The notes beneath the pieces were generated by a model that was not told the DNA's origin, did not search any database, and saw nothing but the letters and a program-made list of their open reading frames with translations. A DNA stretch of 63,530 nucleotides, the filler included, from Octopus bimaculoides (lineage: Eukaryota): assembly GCF_001194135.2 (NCBI RefSeq). It is 6 parts of 5 records of this genome, joined end to end, with 100 filler letters (N's around TTAATTAATTAA, not from the genome) between each part and the next. Parts side by side here need not be neighbours in the genome. Positions count along the whole stretch, not along the records: positions 36,247 to 61,670 come from NC_068985.1; 5 more parts are not named here. One strand, written 5' to 3'. Of the stretch, positions 47,975-60,897 are shown piece after piece. The position numbers and the translations under genes are program-made. Within the stretch, counting starts at the first letter, position 1, and each line of letters begins with the position of its first letter.

Positions 47975-48478
47975 TTTAGCACAAGGCCAGTAGTTTCAGG
48001 GAAGGGGCTAAGTTGGTTATATCAACCCCAGTGCTCAACTGGTACTTATCAATCTCAAAAGGATAAAGGGCAAAGTCAACCTTGGCAGGATTTTAACTCA
48101 GAATGTGCAAACAGACAAAATGCCACTGAGCATTTTGGCCAGGACTTATTCTTTGTAAGCCTAGTACTTATTCTATCAGTCTTTATTGCCAAACTATTAA
48201 GTTACGGGGACGTAAACACACCAACATCGGTTGTCAAGCGATGACGGGGGGTGAGGAACCAAACACAGACACACAAATACATTCATACACACATACATAC
48301 ATATATATACATATACCATGGGCTTCTTTCAGTTTCCGTCTACCAAATCCACTCACAAGGCTTTGGTCAGCCCACGGCTATAGTAGAAGACACTTGCCCA
48401 ATGTATCACGTAGTGGGACTGAACCTGGAACCATATGGTTGGGAAGCAAGCCACTTACCACACAGCGACTCCTGTGCC
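47975..48478 (-). mobile_element. Adjacent family B (47975-48135) and family A (48145-48478) SINEs
   Basis: Reverse-complement matches; the B copy is CpG-decayed and the A copy keeps more CpG. Confidence 0.75.
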
Positions 48479-48664
48479 TATTCATTAATTTAATCAGAAA
48501 TCTTAATGGAAAATTTTTGTTAAACCTCTGCTTGAAATTTGGTGGCATTGGATGTGGCAGCACACCCAATACACCAACAACCTTATGCCACTAGTTGGAT
48601 ATGACCAGGAGGAGACTTTGTCAGTGACTTGTTTCAAATTTGTTTTATGTTGTCAAAATTTTAC

Positions 48665-48697
48665 CTGTGGACGAGGAGGTATCCTCTTTTTCCTGCT
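48665..48697 (-). CDS. Candidate 33-nt exon
   Basis: Acceptor tacaaccttgcag and donor CAG|gtaaaa. Open in two frames (SRKKRIPPRPQ or QEKEDTSSST). Confidence 0.25.
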
Positions 48698-49127
48698 CTG
48701 CAAGGTTGTATGATCAAAATACATCTCACTCACTACCATCTTTATAAAATGGAAGATTTGTATGACAAGGCAGTCTTACATATACAAAAGATATAGTCAA
48801 GGATAATCAAGGCTTTTATTTATAAGTCTGCTTAATCAGGGCAGTCCTGGGACTGAGAGAAAAATTTCAAAATCAATTCCAGGAAGATTAAGAAACTTCA
48901 TTCTAAGTTACGGGGATGTAGACACATCAACACCAGTTGTAAAGCAGTGATTGGTGGGGGACAAACACAGACACAAAGACACACACATATATTGTATATA
49001 TATATATATTTACATATATATAATAATAATAGGGATAAAATCCAAAATTACAGGTAAAAACTCAATTAAAATCAATTTATTAAGAATTAAAATTAAATTA
49101 AGTTTCACAGTATAAAATATATATAAA

Positions 49128-49378
49128 TATATAGTTTTAGGGAAAAGAACCAAGGTTCATGAACTCATCGATGAAAGTCCACTGTCACATATAGAAAAAA
49201 TTAATAATTAAAAGCACAATAAATAAGTATAATATAATACAAAGTAAATATCATAAGATCACTTTGTATTATATTATACATATTTATTGTGCTTTTAATT
49301 ATAAATTTTTTCTATATGTGACAGCGGATTTTCATCGATGAGTTCATGAACCTTGGTTCCTTTCCCTAAAACTATATA
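49128..49378. repeat. Inverted duplication of the PLE-type terminus, ~118-nt arms and 15-nt spacer
   Basis: 49128-49245 pairs with 49261-49378 with about five differences by eye. Confidence 0.9.
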
Positions 49379-49420
49379 NNNNNNNNNNNNNNNNNNNNNN
49401 NNNNNNNNNNNNNNNNNNNN

Positions 49421-49600
49421 NTATGCACACACACAATGGGCTTCTTTCAGTTTCCATCTAACAAATCCACTCACAAGGCTTTGGTCATCCCAAGGCTATA
49501 GTAAAAGACACTTGCCAAAAGTGTCACACAGTAGGATTGAACCCGGAATCATGTGGTTAGGAAGCAAGCTTCTTATCACACAACCACACCTGTTGTATAT
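49421..49600 (-). mobile_element. SINE family A, 5' half
   Basis: Reverse-complement match. Confidence 0.75.
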
Positions 49601-50362
49601 GTAAAAAGACAGAAACAGATTTTATACAAATGTAAAATATATATCTATATGTATATGTAATACACACACACACACACACACTTACAGGATCCAATAGGGC
49701 AAAGAATCATAGCTTTCTCTAGTGTTTCAATCTTGATATGGTATCAATAGTTGGATGCCCTTCCTAATGCCAATCTCATTACACAGCACTATGGACACTT
49801 TCACAGCATCAGCACAAGTAAAGTTACCCAATCACAAAACTGAAATGCTTCCCCTCGACTGAGTGGGAGTATTAAAAGAGAGGGAGATGGTTTTATGCTA
49901 GGTGTTGAGGAGTCAAAGTATGATAGAAGGAACAGGAACAGGTTTGTTGTCGCAGTTGAAGACGCACAAAGTAACACCGCATTATATAAGGATGGGTGGA
50001 AGTGATAGGAGTGGAACTGGAGAGATAAAAGATGGTGATGACAAGGTGTCAGAGTGTACACTCAAGATGCAGGAAGCAGAGTAGAAGATAGTGTGTGGAC
50101 AAAAGACAGGAACGGTTGGCTGGGTGTTGGTTGCAAGTGAGAGATGGTTAGAGATAGGGTTAGAGGGTTAATGTAGTGAATTGTGAACAGGGGTTGGGTA
50201 AGTGGGTGGTGGCACATGTATGCAGGAGGGATGGGAATAAGAATGAGGGGTGGATATAAATATGGTGTGTGTGTGTGTGCATATGCGTTATATATGATTA
50301 TGAATGATTATGAATATGTATGTGTGTGTGTGCATGTATGTATCTATGTATGTGTATGTATG

Positions 50363-50394
<32 letters not shown>

Positions 50395-50460
50395 GTTTTA
50401 GGGAAAATAACCAATTTTCAAAAACTCATCGATGAAATCCACTATCACATATAGATATTA
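50395..50460 (+). mobile_element. Short copy of the PLE-type terminus within (TA)n
   Basis: tagttttagggaaaataaccaattttcaaaaactcatcgatgaaatccactatcacatatag matches the 28983 terminus. Confidence 0.75.
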
Positions 50461-50461
50461 T

Positions 50462-50493
<32 letters not shown>

Positions 50494-50649
50494 GTATGTA
50501 TGTTATATATATATGTATGTCTATATGTACGTATGTATATATGTATATATTAATATGTACTTATATCTGTGTGTATATATATATGTATATGTATGTGCAT
50601 ATATTTGTATGTGTGTATGTACGTATGTATGTATGTATCTATCTATCTA

Positions 50650-50680
<31 letters not shown>

Positions 50681-50718
50681 GAACATACATATACACATAT
50701 ATATAAACATACATATGC

Positions 50719-50799
<81 letters not shown>

Positions 50800-50913
50800 A
50801 GTGTATGTATATTTATTTGTACATACATATGTACATGTAAGTATATATGTACATATATACATATATATATGTAGCTATATACAAATATATGCATATATAT
50901 GCACATATATATG

Positions 50914-50997
<84 letters not shown>

Positions 50998-51040
50998 TAT
51001 ATGCATGAACGTGTGTGTGGGTGTGTGTACGCATGTATGT
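50460..51040. repeat. (TA)/(TG)/(TATG) compound microsatellite field
   Basis: Direct reading. Confidence 0.95.
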
Positions 51041-54000
51041 TTTAGTATATATTTTAGCAGAGTATAATGTAAACATTGGCAAGTAAAACCCCACCAAAAA
51101 ATCCACATTTTTCTTTGAATGGAGTCCTTGGCGATATTTGTTTTGCTCCGAGTTGAAGAAACTCCGTTTGTCAATCCCACCATCAAAAATGTCACGAACC
51201 AGTTATCACTATATAAAGGGACATAACTAAATAATACCAAGCGTTTGTTCCATTACTCAACTAATTCTGCCATTGGTACAGATCACAGATATTAGGGTTA
51301 CTGTGGGATATGCTTAGATGTTTATATCTGTTTTAGTAAACAACTGGAGGAACAAGAAGTCCTGTGTCCTAGGGAAGTTTAAACAGAAAAATTGGTTATA
51401 TGCTTTATAATGTATAATTGAAAGCTCATCTGTCTATATTTTATTTTATTTTATGTTATTTTATTTTATTTCTAGTCTTTTGTTAATGAATATACTGCTA
51501 ATTTAATGATAGCAGATATTGTTGTTTTTCAGCTTGATTGAGCACACCTGCAATCAAAAGGTGTTTCAATCATAACCACCCACTTTTTAAATTAAAATGT
51601 TGTATCTAATGTAGGACTAAATACATTTATCCAATGTGACACAAATGTCATGTTTGTTTTTGTTCTGTTTTTTTTTTCTTGAGACGATAGGGTGTGACTT
51701 TGGGGGGGATTTTGGCTGCCATTTCTAGCAGGTCGAGCTGTCACATAGAGGCTCCTTGGCTAATAGCTGTAGCAGTAAAATTCTATATTGCTTTATAATC
51801 AGTTGTTACTACTACTACTACTACCACCACCACCAACTACTGTTTGCTGGGGTGATTCTAGTTGTTACTTTGTCAGTTTTATAACAACAGTTTTTCCTTT
51901 TCTCCTTTTTTTTTATATCTAAGATAGCATCCAAGTGTTTACAATGATGGTGCCAAGGAAGAATTATGAGGAAGGGAAAGAAAGAGGGTGAGTGAGCAAG
52001 AGAATAAGGAAAATACAGAACTGTTGGTGATTGTTGTTGTCGCTTAAACCCAGGTTCACTCTGAGAAAACCATTCCAGTCTTGGCAATCCATTCTTTTCA
52101 TTTTTTTTTTGCTGTTTCTTTCAGGTACATTTTATAAAAGACAACATAATTCAATGTCTCATATCCCTTATCCTTTCCCCAAATAGCAGGGGAATGTGAT
52201 GTAATGGGGATTTGACTTCTTCTTCTAGTAAAAATAATAAAAAGTGATTCTGTGATTTTAGATTTTAGTGTTTGTGGTTGTATTAAATTCAAATGACATG
52301 GCAGCAGCAGCAGCAGCAGCCGCAGTAGTAGTAGTAGTAGTGGCAGCTGGGTGGCAGTTGGGTGGTGTCAATTTTGTTTTAATTATAATATTGCAGTAGT
52401 CAACTGAAGTTTAATTGAAGGATGTTGTTGGCAGGGTGTATAGCTTGTCCAGGTGCGTATGTGTATGTATATGTATACACATATATATGTATATATATAT
52501 ATATATATATATAGATAGATATATAGATATAGGTATATATATATGCATATATANNNNNNNNNNNNNNNNNNNNNNNNNNNNNNNNNNNNNNNNNNNNNNN
52601 NNNNNNNNNNNNNNNNNNNNNNNNNNNNNNNNNNNNNNNNNNNNNNNNNNNNNNNNNNNNNNNNNNNNNNNNNNNNNNNNNNNNNNNNNNNNNNNNNNNN
52701 NNNNNNNNNNNNNNNNNNNNNNNNNNNNNNNNNNNNNNNNNNNNNNNNNNNNNNNNNNNNNNNNNNNNNNNNNNNNNNNNNNNNNNNNNNNNNNNNNNNN
52801 NNNNNNNNNNNNNNNNNNNNNNNNNNNNNNNNNNNNNNNNNNNNNNNNNNNNNNNNNNNNNNNNNNNNNNNNNNNNNNNNNNNNNNNNNNNNNNNNNNNN
52901 NNNNNNNNNNNNNNNNNNNNNNNNNNNNNNNNNNNNNNNNNNNNNNNNNNNNNNNNNNNNNNNNNNNNNNNNNNNNNNNNNNNNNNNNNNNNNNNNNNNN
53001 NNNNNNNNNNNNNNNNNNNNNNNNNNNNNNNNNNNNNNNNNNNNNNNNNNNNNNNNNNNNNNNNNNNNNNNNNNNNNNNNNNNNNNNNNNNNNNNNNNNN
53101 NNNNNNNNNNNNNNNNNNNNNNNNNNNNNNNNNNNNNNNNNNNNNNNNNNNNNNNNNNNNNNNNNNNNNNNNNNNNNNNNNNNNNNNNNNNNNNNNNNNN
53201 NNNNNNNNNNNNNNNNNNNNNNNNNNNNNNNNNNNNNNNNNNNNNNNNNNNNNNNNNNNNNNNNNNNNNNNNNNNNNNNNNNNNNNNNNNNNNNNNNNTA
53301 TATATATATATATATGACTGCAGTTAGGAAGTTCAGTTACCATCCCATTCACATGGTTCTTCCAGGTTCAGTCTCGTTATGAGGCACTTTGGGTAAGAGT
53401 CTTCTACTGGGCCCTGGGCCTACCAAATTGATACGAGTGCATTTGTAGACAGAATATGGGAGAAGCCTGTTGTGTTCGCATGCGTGTGTCTGTGTGTTTG
53501 TATGAATATCCTTGAGCAATATCTCCTCTTGATATTACTAAGGGACATTTGATTGCAGTCCTCAATGAAAGCATGTCTGGCCTGACAGAAATAGTTCCTT
53601 GTTTGGCAACAGATGAAAACTGATGACAGGAAATGCATGTAGCCATAGAAAATCTGCCTCACTGAATTGCAACTGACCTCACAAACATGAAAATTGGCTG
53701 TGATGATGAACATGTATGTATATGTGCATGTATATGTATGCATGTGTGCGTGTATGATGTGGTGTATGTATGTATGTTTGTGTGTATTTTGATATATATG
53801 CATATATGTATAAGCTCTTAGCACTCCAATTCCTAACTTTCTTTCTCATTTCTATATTACTAGATTCGCTCTTTATTCTCTCTCCCAACTATCTCTACAA
53901 CTCTTGATTACTTACTAACTATATATAAATGTGTCTAGGGAGAGTCACTATGTCAATACTATTAACACACACACACACTGGTTCAATTCCACCCCTTTAA

Positions 54001-54049
54001 AGGAGTGCACATGTTAATAATATTGGTATAATGCCTCTCCCTAGACACA

Positions 54050-54250
54050 ATTTGTTGGGGGAACAAACACAGACACACACACACATATACGACAGGCTTC
54101 TTTCAGTTTCTGTCTACCAAATCCACTCACAAGGCTTTGGTCAGCCCGAGGCTATAGTAGAAGACACTTGCCCAAGGTGCCACACAGTAGGACTAAACCC
54201 AGAACCATGTGGCTGGTAAGCAAGCTACTTACCACACAGCCATGCCTGTG
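54050..54250 (-). mobile_element. SINE family A, 5' half
   Basis: Clear head tggctgtgtggtaagtagcttgcttacc and body. Confidence 0.85.
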
Positions 54251-55329
54251 CATATCTTTATATCTCTTATACAGCAAGAGACCTATCTCTTTCCCTCCAT
54301 TATTCTTTTAACCTCTTCTCAATGGGTACAAAGCCACCTCCCTCAGTTCTATATCCCCAGCCAAAAGGATGCTTTTCTTGCAACTTAGTGACCCCACCAG
54401 CACTGATGCCACAAAAAGCCCCAAACACTCTGTAAAGTGGTTGGCAGTTGTAGAAACTATACCAAAACAGATAATAAGAGCTTGGCATAGTCCTCTGGCT
54501 TGCCAGCTCTTATCAAATTGTCCAACCCATGCCAACATCGAAAACAGACATGAAATGATGATGTTGATGATGATGATGGTGGTGGTAGTATATGTATGTA
54601 TATACATTTATACATATGCATATATTTTGTGTGTATTTACCATCATCATGTTAATGTCTGTTTCTCCAGTCTTGCTGAGTCAAATAAAACTTATTAACTC
54701 TTTAACATTCAGATTTCTTTGTCAGATATATATTTCTTATATATTCACATTGTTTTGAATTAACCCATAAGTGCCAACAGTCCTTTTTCTAGGACCAGAA
54801 GGACAATCCATCATATTTCTGCAACGCCTGTATTTTTCTGAGATATATCTTCAGTTAGTCACAGTGGCGGCTCATAGATGAAAATTTCTTGCCTACACTA
54901 CCTTTCACCAGCACACCAGGGTCAGCACTGCATGAACCACAGTGCACTCTCTCTCCCTAGCATGCAGCTTCATATCATGGACATGTGAGCATGCGCACAA
55001 CAGCCAAACACCATGTCGCTGGAACTGTGAAGCGCACAGTTCTATATAAGGATTTTTGTATTTTTTTTCATAAACTAGGGGATGGCTACTGACATTAAGC
55101 TTAAGGTTTGTATAATGTACAGGCATAAAGAAAAAATTAAAGAAAAACAGACTCATTATATTGAATGTTATCGATAATATCGATTGGAAATAGGGGGTGC
55201 TGCAGTTCTGCAGTACCTATATATGAGAGACCCCTGGTTAGTCATCAAATCTGGAGTCTCTTTCAAATATTGTATTATTTAGTATCAGATAAAGTTGTAT
55301 AAAAGAAAGACTTTTGGTAGTAAATTAAA

Positions 55330-55520
55330 TAAAAAAATTTGGGCACTAATGATCTAATCATACATTATTTTGTAGCTTCAAGTTTTCAATAGCGTATTTG
55401 TATATTTTTAGAATGATATTGTAGAGTAGGTGTGAGAGGTTGGATCTGGTTAGTTTTAACATAAAATATGTAGAATATTTCGGCCAGATATGGCCAGATT
55501 AAGTACTAAAAGGTGAAAGC
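55330..55520 (-). mobile_element. piggyBac-like MITE family P1, partial
   Basis: Shares gtaggtgtgagagg...ggccagatatggccag with 58314-58536. Confidence 0.65.
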
Positions 55521-56298
55521 AGGTATTTTTTATTGCTGGATGCTCTTTTTGTCACCAATACTCACCTGTTTCTAAGCAAGGTAATGTCTGCCTTGGTCCT
55601 TCAAATATAAACAGCATAGTGGATGGACATGTTTTCACAGAAGCTTGTAAACATATGATTCCATTTGTTTACAATTAGCATTTGATGTCAAAACAAGGCA
55701 ACATTAAAATGTGCACACACACAAACACACACAGATATGTCAGGCTTCTTTCTGCTTTTGTCTGCCTGATCTTTGGTCAGCCTTGGGGTATTGGAGACAC
55801 TAGAGCAAGGTGCCACATTGTGGGATTGAACCCAAAACACATGGCTGAGAAATAAACTTGTGGAACATATAATCATGTCTGTGTATTTTTTCTTATATTT
55901 ATTTATACACACATATACATGCCTAAAATGAAGTAACTGAATATTCCACCCTCACACACACACACTCACACACGCACACATATATATATGTATGTACATA
56001 CAAACATACACACACACGCACGCACACACTCACATGTGCACACACACACACATACACACACACTCACACACACACAAACACACACACACAAACACACACA
56101 CACAAACACACACACACACGTGCGCGCACACACAAACACACACACATTGACATATGAATCGAAATTGTCATTCTTTTAAAAAGGACAAAAATCTGAGAGA
56201 ATCTTCTCTTTTTCACAGTGTCTAACACACAGACACATTCAGAGCTGCATGCCCAGTTAACAGTTATTCTCTGTACCTCTACACTTCAATTTAAATGT

Positions 56299-56346
<48 letters not shown>

Positions 56347-56666
56347 NNNNNNNNNNTCTCTCCCTCTCTCTCTCTCTCTCTCCACACACACGTTTCTTTC
56401 CATACACACACACATCATCACACACATCATCACACACATCATCACACACACACACATGCGCACACACATACACACAAACATATCTCTCTATCCGTCTATC
56501 TCACGCATACACACAGACTATTATATATGCATAAAATAGGCATATTTATATAGTCATAAACTGTTGTTTATCCCCGGGTCAGTCCCGATTGAGTAGACTT
56601 ATGATCAAAGATTTTCTCAGCAAGTTAGCCATATTCTATATCCATCTTTTGTTCTGTATTTATTTC

Positions 56667-57201
56667 TTAACCTTTTAGTATCTAAACCAGCCAAATCTGG
56701 CCAAAATTTTCTACCTGTTTTATGTTCAAACCAACTACATTGGGTCTCTCACACCTACCTTACAGTGTCATTCAAAAAATATACAATCGTGCCTGCAGCA
56801 TGTGTAAGGACTTTCGAGCGAGATCGTTGCCAGTGTCCTTGGACTGGCTCTTGTGTGGGTGGAACATTAAATACACCATTTTGAGTGTGGCCGTTGCCAG
56901 TACCGCCTGACTGGCCTTCGTGCTGGTGACACGTAAAAGCACCCACTACACTCTCAGAGTGGTTGGCGTTAGGAAGGGCATCCAGCTGTAGAAACTCTAC
57001 CAAATCAGATTGGAGCCTGGTGTAGCCATTGGGTTTCACCAGTCCTCAGTCAAATCGTCCAACCCATGCTAGCATGGAAAGCGGATGTTAAACGATGATG
57101 ATGATGATGACATCATTAAAATCTCAAAGGTATAAGATAATGCCTGATTAACTAAAACAATGTTAATAAATAAGAATTATAATACAATTTAATTTGAATG
57201 C
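56667..57201 (+). mobile_element. piggyBac-like MITE family P1 split by a family D retroposon
   Basis: Starts ttaaccttttagtat; P1 sequence stops at 56788 and resumes at 57110. Confidence 0.7.
56789..57109 (+). mobile_element. Family D retroposon (5'-truncated) with (GAT)n tail
   Basis: ...cactacactctcagagtggttggcgttaggaagggcatccagctgtagaaac...gttaaacgatgatgatg; keeps CpGs, so probably young. Confidence 0.85.
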
Positions 57202-57206
57202 CTTAA

Positions 57207-57431
57207 CCCTTTCCATACCAACCAGGCTGAAACCACCTCTGGCTCTGTAGTACAAATGTCTTGTTTTTATAAGTTCTGAATTAAAATCTTCCATCAAACT
57301 TTAGTCACAATTTATGTTCCTAATACTAGCTTAATGATAACTAAATTATTTTACTAAATTGTTTGTTATATTTAGAATTGAAAGAAACGCAGAGCATCTC
57401 AGCAGAAAAATGGTAACAAAAGATTTTAGGG
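57207..57431. mobile_element. piggyBac-like MITE family P2 with TTAA TSD
   Basis: ttaa|ccct ... aggg|ttaa (TTAA at 57203-57206 and 57432-57435). Confidence 0.75.
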
Positions 57432-57926
57432 TTAAGCATGGAATCCACCATTACCCACCATTTTTTTTTTTTATTAGAAATGGGTAGAGTATAGTTAACT
57501 CAGCCCTTTTCGCTTGTTGTTCTATATAATTGTAATACCAGAGACTTTTAAATTGGAGGCAAAATAAAGCATAGTAATGGTCATGCCTTTCCCAATGTAG
57601 TTAATGTCATGTGTTATGTGGTTGTAGTCAGGTATCAAACCACAGGTGTAAGTTTAAGCTCTTCACCATCACTTAATCACCACTGACCATCCTCATCCAA
57701 CACCCACAACCACCCCTACTACACACACACACAAACACATACCACAACTATCGCCATCCTCACCTAACACTACCACCCAGGGCCATCTTAACAACATTTT
57801 ACATCCATGGGCAAAGCAAAGCAGTGGGCTTTATAGTATATATTTATTGACAGCAGATTACAGCATAAATAGATTGGGCCCCTAGACTCATGAAGCCCCC
57901 AAGAAACTACCCATTGCTCCCATGGC

Positions 57927-58152
57927 TTAATCCATTAACATTTAAACCAACCATATCCGGTCCAAATAGTTTACCTGTTTTATGTCCAAACTAGCCAGAT
58001 CCAGCCTCTCACTCTTACCCTACAGTATCATTTTAATATAAATAATGATATCATTGAAATCTTGAAGCTACAAGATAGTGCATGAATATTTCAAAACAAT
58101 GTGAATAAACAAACATTACATATGACAGAGTAATCTGGATGGTAAAGGGTAA
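57927..58152 (+). mobile_element. piggyBac-like MITE family P1
   Basis: ttaatccattaacattt ... gatggtaaagggtaa ends; collinear with the other P1 copies. Confidence 0.75.
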
Positions 58153-58313
58153 AGACAGCACGGCTACTACCATCACCTAACACTACGAACACTGCCTTGT
58201 CAAGCACTGCTTAAACATCAGCAACAAGAAGAAAAAAACTCTAGGTGGTAATAAACCTGCAAGAAATAGTCACTAAATATCCCTTAAGTCTTACCCTTCA
58301 TTCTGAATGATAT

Positions 58314-58536
58314 TTAATCCATTAGCATTTCAGATTTCTCTGTCAAATGTAATGTTTATTCATTCAAATTGTTTTGAATTAATCATGCATTATCTCATAG
58401 CTTTGAGACATTGATAATGTGATATTGTTTTTTGAATGACATTGTAGGGTAGGTGTGAGAGGCCAGATCTGGCTACTTTGGACATAGAGATTGAATATTT
58501 TGGCCAGATATGGCCAGTGTAAATGCTAAAGGGTTA
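58314..58536 (-). mobile_element. piggyBac-like MITE family P1, inverted relative to 57927-58152
   Basis: ttaatccattagcattt ... aaatgctaaagggtta; its reverse complement aligns with the preceding copy. Confidence 0.75.
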
Positions 58537-58989
58537 CTTCTACAATGTATATGCTGTTTTATATATGTGATTCTTCAAGAAGGTAAAAGGCAGGATGGTC
58601 TCAACAGCAGTGATTTCACTTATAGGTCTACTCAGCCAGAGCTGACTGGCAGCTAAATGGTAACAACTTGAGACAACAGATCAGCCTCTATTTGGTTGCT
58701 AAGACCTGCGAGAAATAGCAGCTAAACCGCCTTCAAATCACACCCAATCATTATAAGTAAGGAAATGATATATATTTGATAGCATAGTTCTAGATATACC
58801 CCTAAAGAGGACAGGGTGGTCATGCCCAGATTGTCTTTGATCATGATTCTTACACTGTCAAGAATGTCCTGGAGCTAAACAATAAGCACAACAAACAGTG
58901 TTGTGTAACATAACACTGTCTGTTGTCTGAACTTGTTAACAGCTTACATTGAGTATGTACAAGACATGTGGATATATGTGTCTTTTATG

Positions 58990-59450
58990 TTTTGTTTGTT
59001 TCAGTCATTGGACTGTGGTTATGCTGGGGCACTGCCTCGAAGGGTTTTAGTTGAGTAAATCAACCGCCCCTGCACCGCGCCCCTGCCAATACTTGTTTCT
59101 TTTTTTTTTCTTAACTCTGCTACTTATTCTATCGGTCAATTTTGCTGAACTGGTAAGTTACAGAGATGAAAACAAACCAGCACTGGTTATTAAGGGATGA
59201 AGCAAACAAAGATACAAGCATGCATGCACGCACATTTACACACACATTTACACACACACATGCACACATACACACATGTATGCACACATACACACATGTA
59301 TGCACACATACACACATGTATGCACACATATTTACACATACACACATACTACTGGGCTATAGCAGAAGACACTTCTCCAAGGTGCTGTATAGTGGGACTG
59401 AACCCAAAACCATATGTTTGCAAAGCAAACATTTTAATCGCACACCCATA
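58990..59450 (-). mobile_element. SINE family A, CpG-decayed
   Basis: Tail, 3' half, CA/TA linker and head recognisable. Confidence 0.7.
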
Positions 59451-59729
59451 TTTATTCTATATTTACTATATTATTATTGTATTGCATCAAATATATATTA
59501 ACACATTCTGGCTGAGGGTTGAAAGCAAAATTTATAACTGCCACCCACCATCCGAATGGCATTTGTATAAAAGTACATATTTTATTCAGAAATAGTAGAC
59601 TTGTAGTCAAACTCCTCTGTTTCCTTCTCTCCCTTTGTCTCCATCTCTTTATCATTCCACCTCCTTCTCATTCTCTCTAGTACTGCATTTGTGTGTGTGT
59701 GAATTTTTTTGTTTGTGTACGTGTGTAAG

Positions 59730-59856
59730 AAACAGAATTGGTACAGTACTGGACTAACAGCATTGCTGTGCGGTATTTCCTTCGAATCTCCAATACCACT
59801 GGAGTAAGGGAGGTTAGCCTTGTTTGTCAGACCTTGACGTTTGATAGTATACATAC
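59730..59856. other. CpG-retaining exon-like patch, strand unresolved
   Basis: Plus 59730-59803 reads KQNWYSTGLTALLCGISFESPIPL with donor gtaagg. Minus 59856-59759 reads MYTIKRQGLTNKANLPYSSGIGDSKEIPHSNA with acceptor tatcttacag and donor gttagt. Confidence 0.25.
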
Positions 59857-60178
59857 CTGTAAGATAGTTCGGTTCATTAACGTGTTATACCAACAAAACT
59901 GTATTTGTATTTGGTGAAGATACATGTAAACTGTGTTTGTAAATCATCTCACTTGTATATATATATATGTGTGTGTGTGTCTGTGTCTGTGCATGTGTGT
60001 GTAGGTCTATGTTAATTTGTTTATATGGATGTGTGGGTACATTTTCTGTGTGCATGCATTTATGCACATACATGCACATACACACATATACAAATATGCA
60101 TATATAAGGCTACATATAAGTGAGTATATGTATGCATTTGTGTGTGTGTGCGTATGCATAGATTCGCATATATAGATT

Positions 60179-60211
<33 letters not shown>

Positions 60212-60574
60212 NNNNNNNNNNNNNNNNNNNNNNNNNNNNNNNNNNNNNNNNNNNNNNNNNNNNNNNNNNNNNNNNNNNNNNNNNNNNNNNNNNNNNNNNN
60301 NNNNNNNNNNNNNNNNNNNNNNNNNNNNNNNNNNNNNNNNNNNNNNNNNNNNNNNNNNNNNNNNNNNNNNNNNNNNNNNNNNNNNNNNNNNNNNNNNNNN
60401 NNNNNNNNNNNNNNNNNNNNNNNNNNNNNNNNNNNNNNNNNNNNNNNNNNNNNNNNNNNNNNNNNNNNNNNNNNNNNNNNNNNNNNNNNNNNNNNNNNNN
60501 NNNNNNNNNNNNNNNNNNNNNNNNNNNNNNNNNNNNNNNNNNNNNNNNNNNNNNNNNNNNNNNNNNNNNNNNNN

Positions 60575-60615
<41 letters not shown>

Positions 60616-60742
60616 GTACATACATACATATCATCATCATCATCATCATCATCATCGTTTAACGTCCGCTTTCCATGCTATGTTTATATGTGTGTGTATA
60701 TGTACATATGTATACACACACTCACACACATATACATAAAAA

Positions 60743-60897
60743 GCACCCACTACACTCTCAGAGTGGTTGGTGTTAGGAAGGGCATCCAGCTGTAGAAACC
60801 TTGCCAGAGCAGATTGGAGCCTGGTACAGCTTCCTGGCTTACCAGTCCTCAGTCAAACTGTCTGACCCATGCCAGTATGGAAAGCGTACATTAAATC
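60743..60897 (+). mobile_element. Family D retroposon 3' end
   Basis: Same sequence as 56935-57090; an inverted tail fragment lies at 60631-60680. Confidence 0.8.

Noticed and set aside
51090-51240. CpG-retaining patch with protein-like frames ([26 protein letters not shown]; [18 protein letters not shown])
   Set aside because: No frame has a compatible acceptor and donor pair, and no family was recognised.
54913-55239. Possible hAT MITE (cagggtc...gagacccctg)
   Set aside because: The TIR match is partial and there is no 8-bp TSD.
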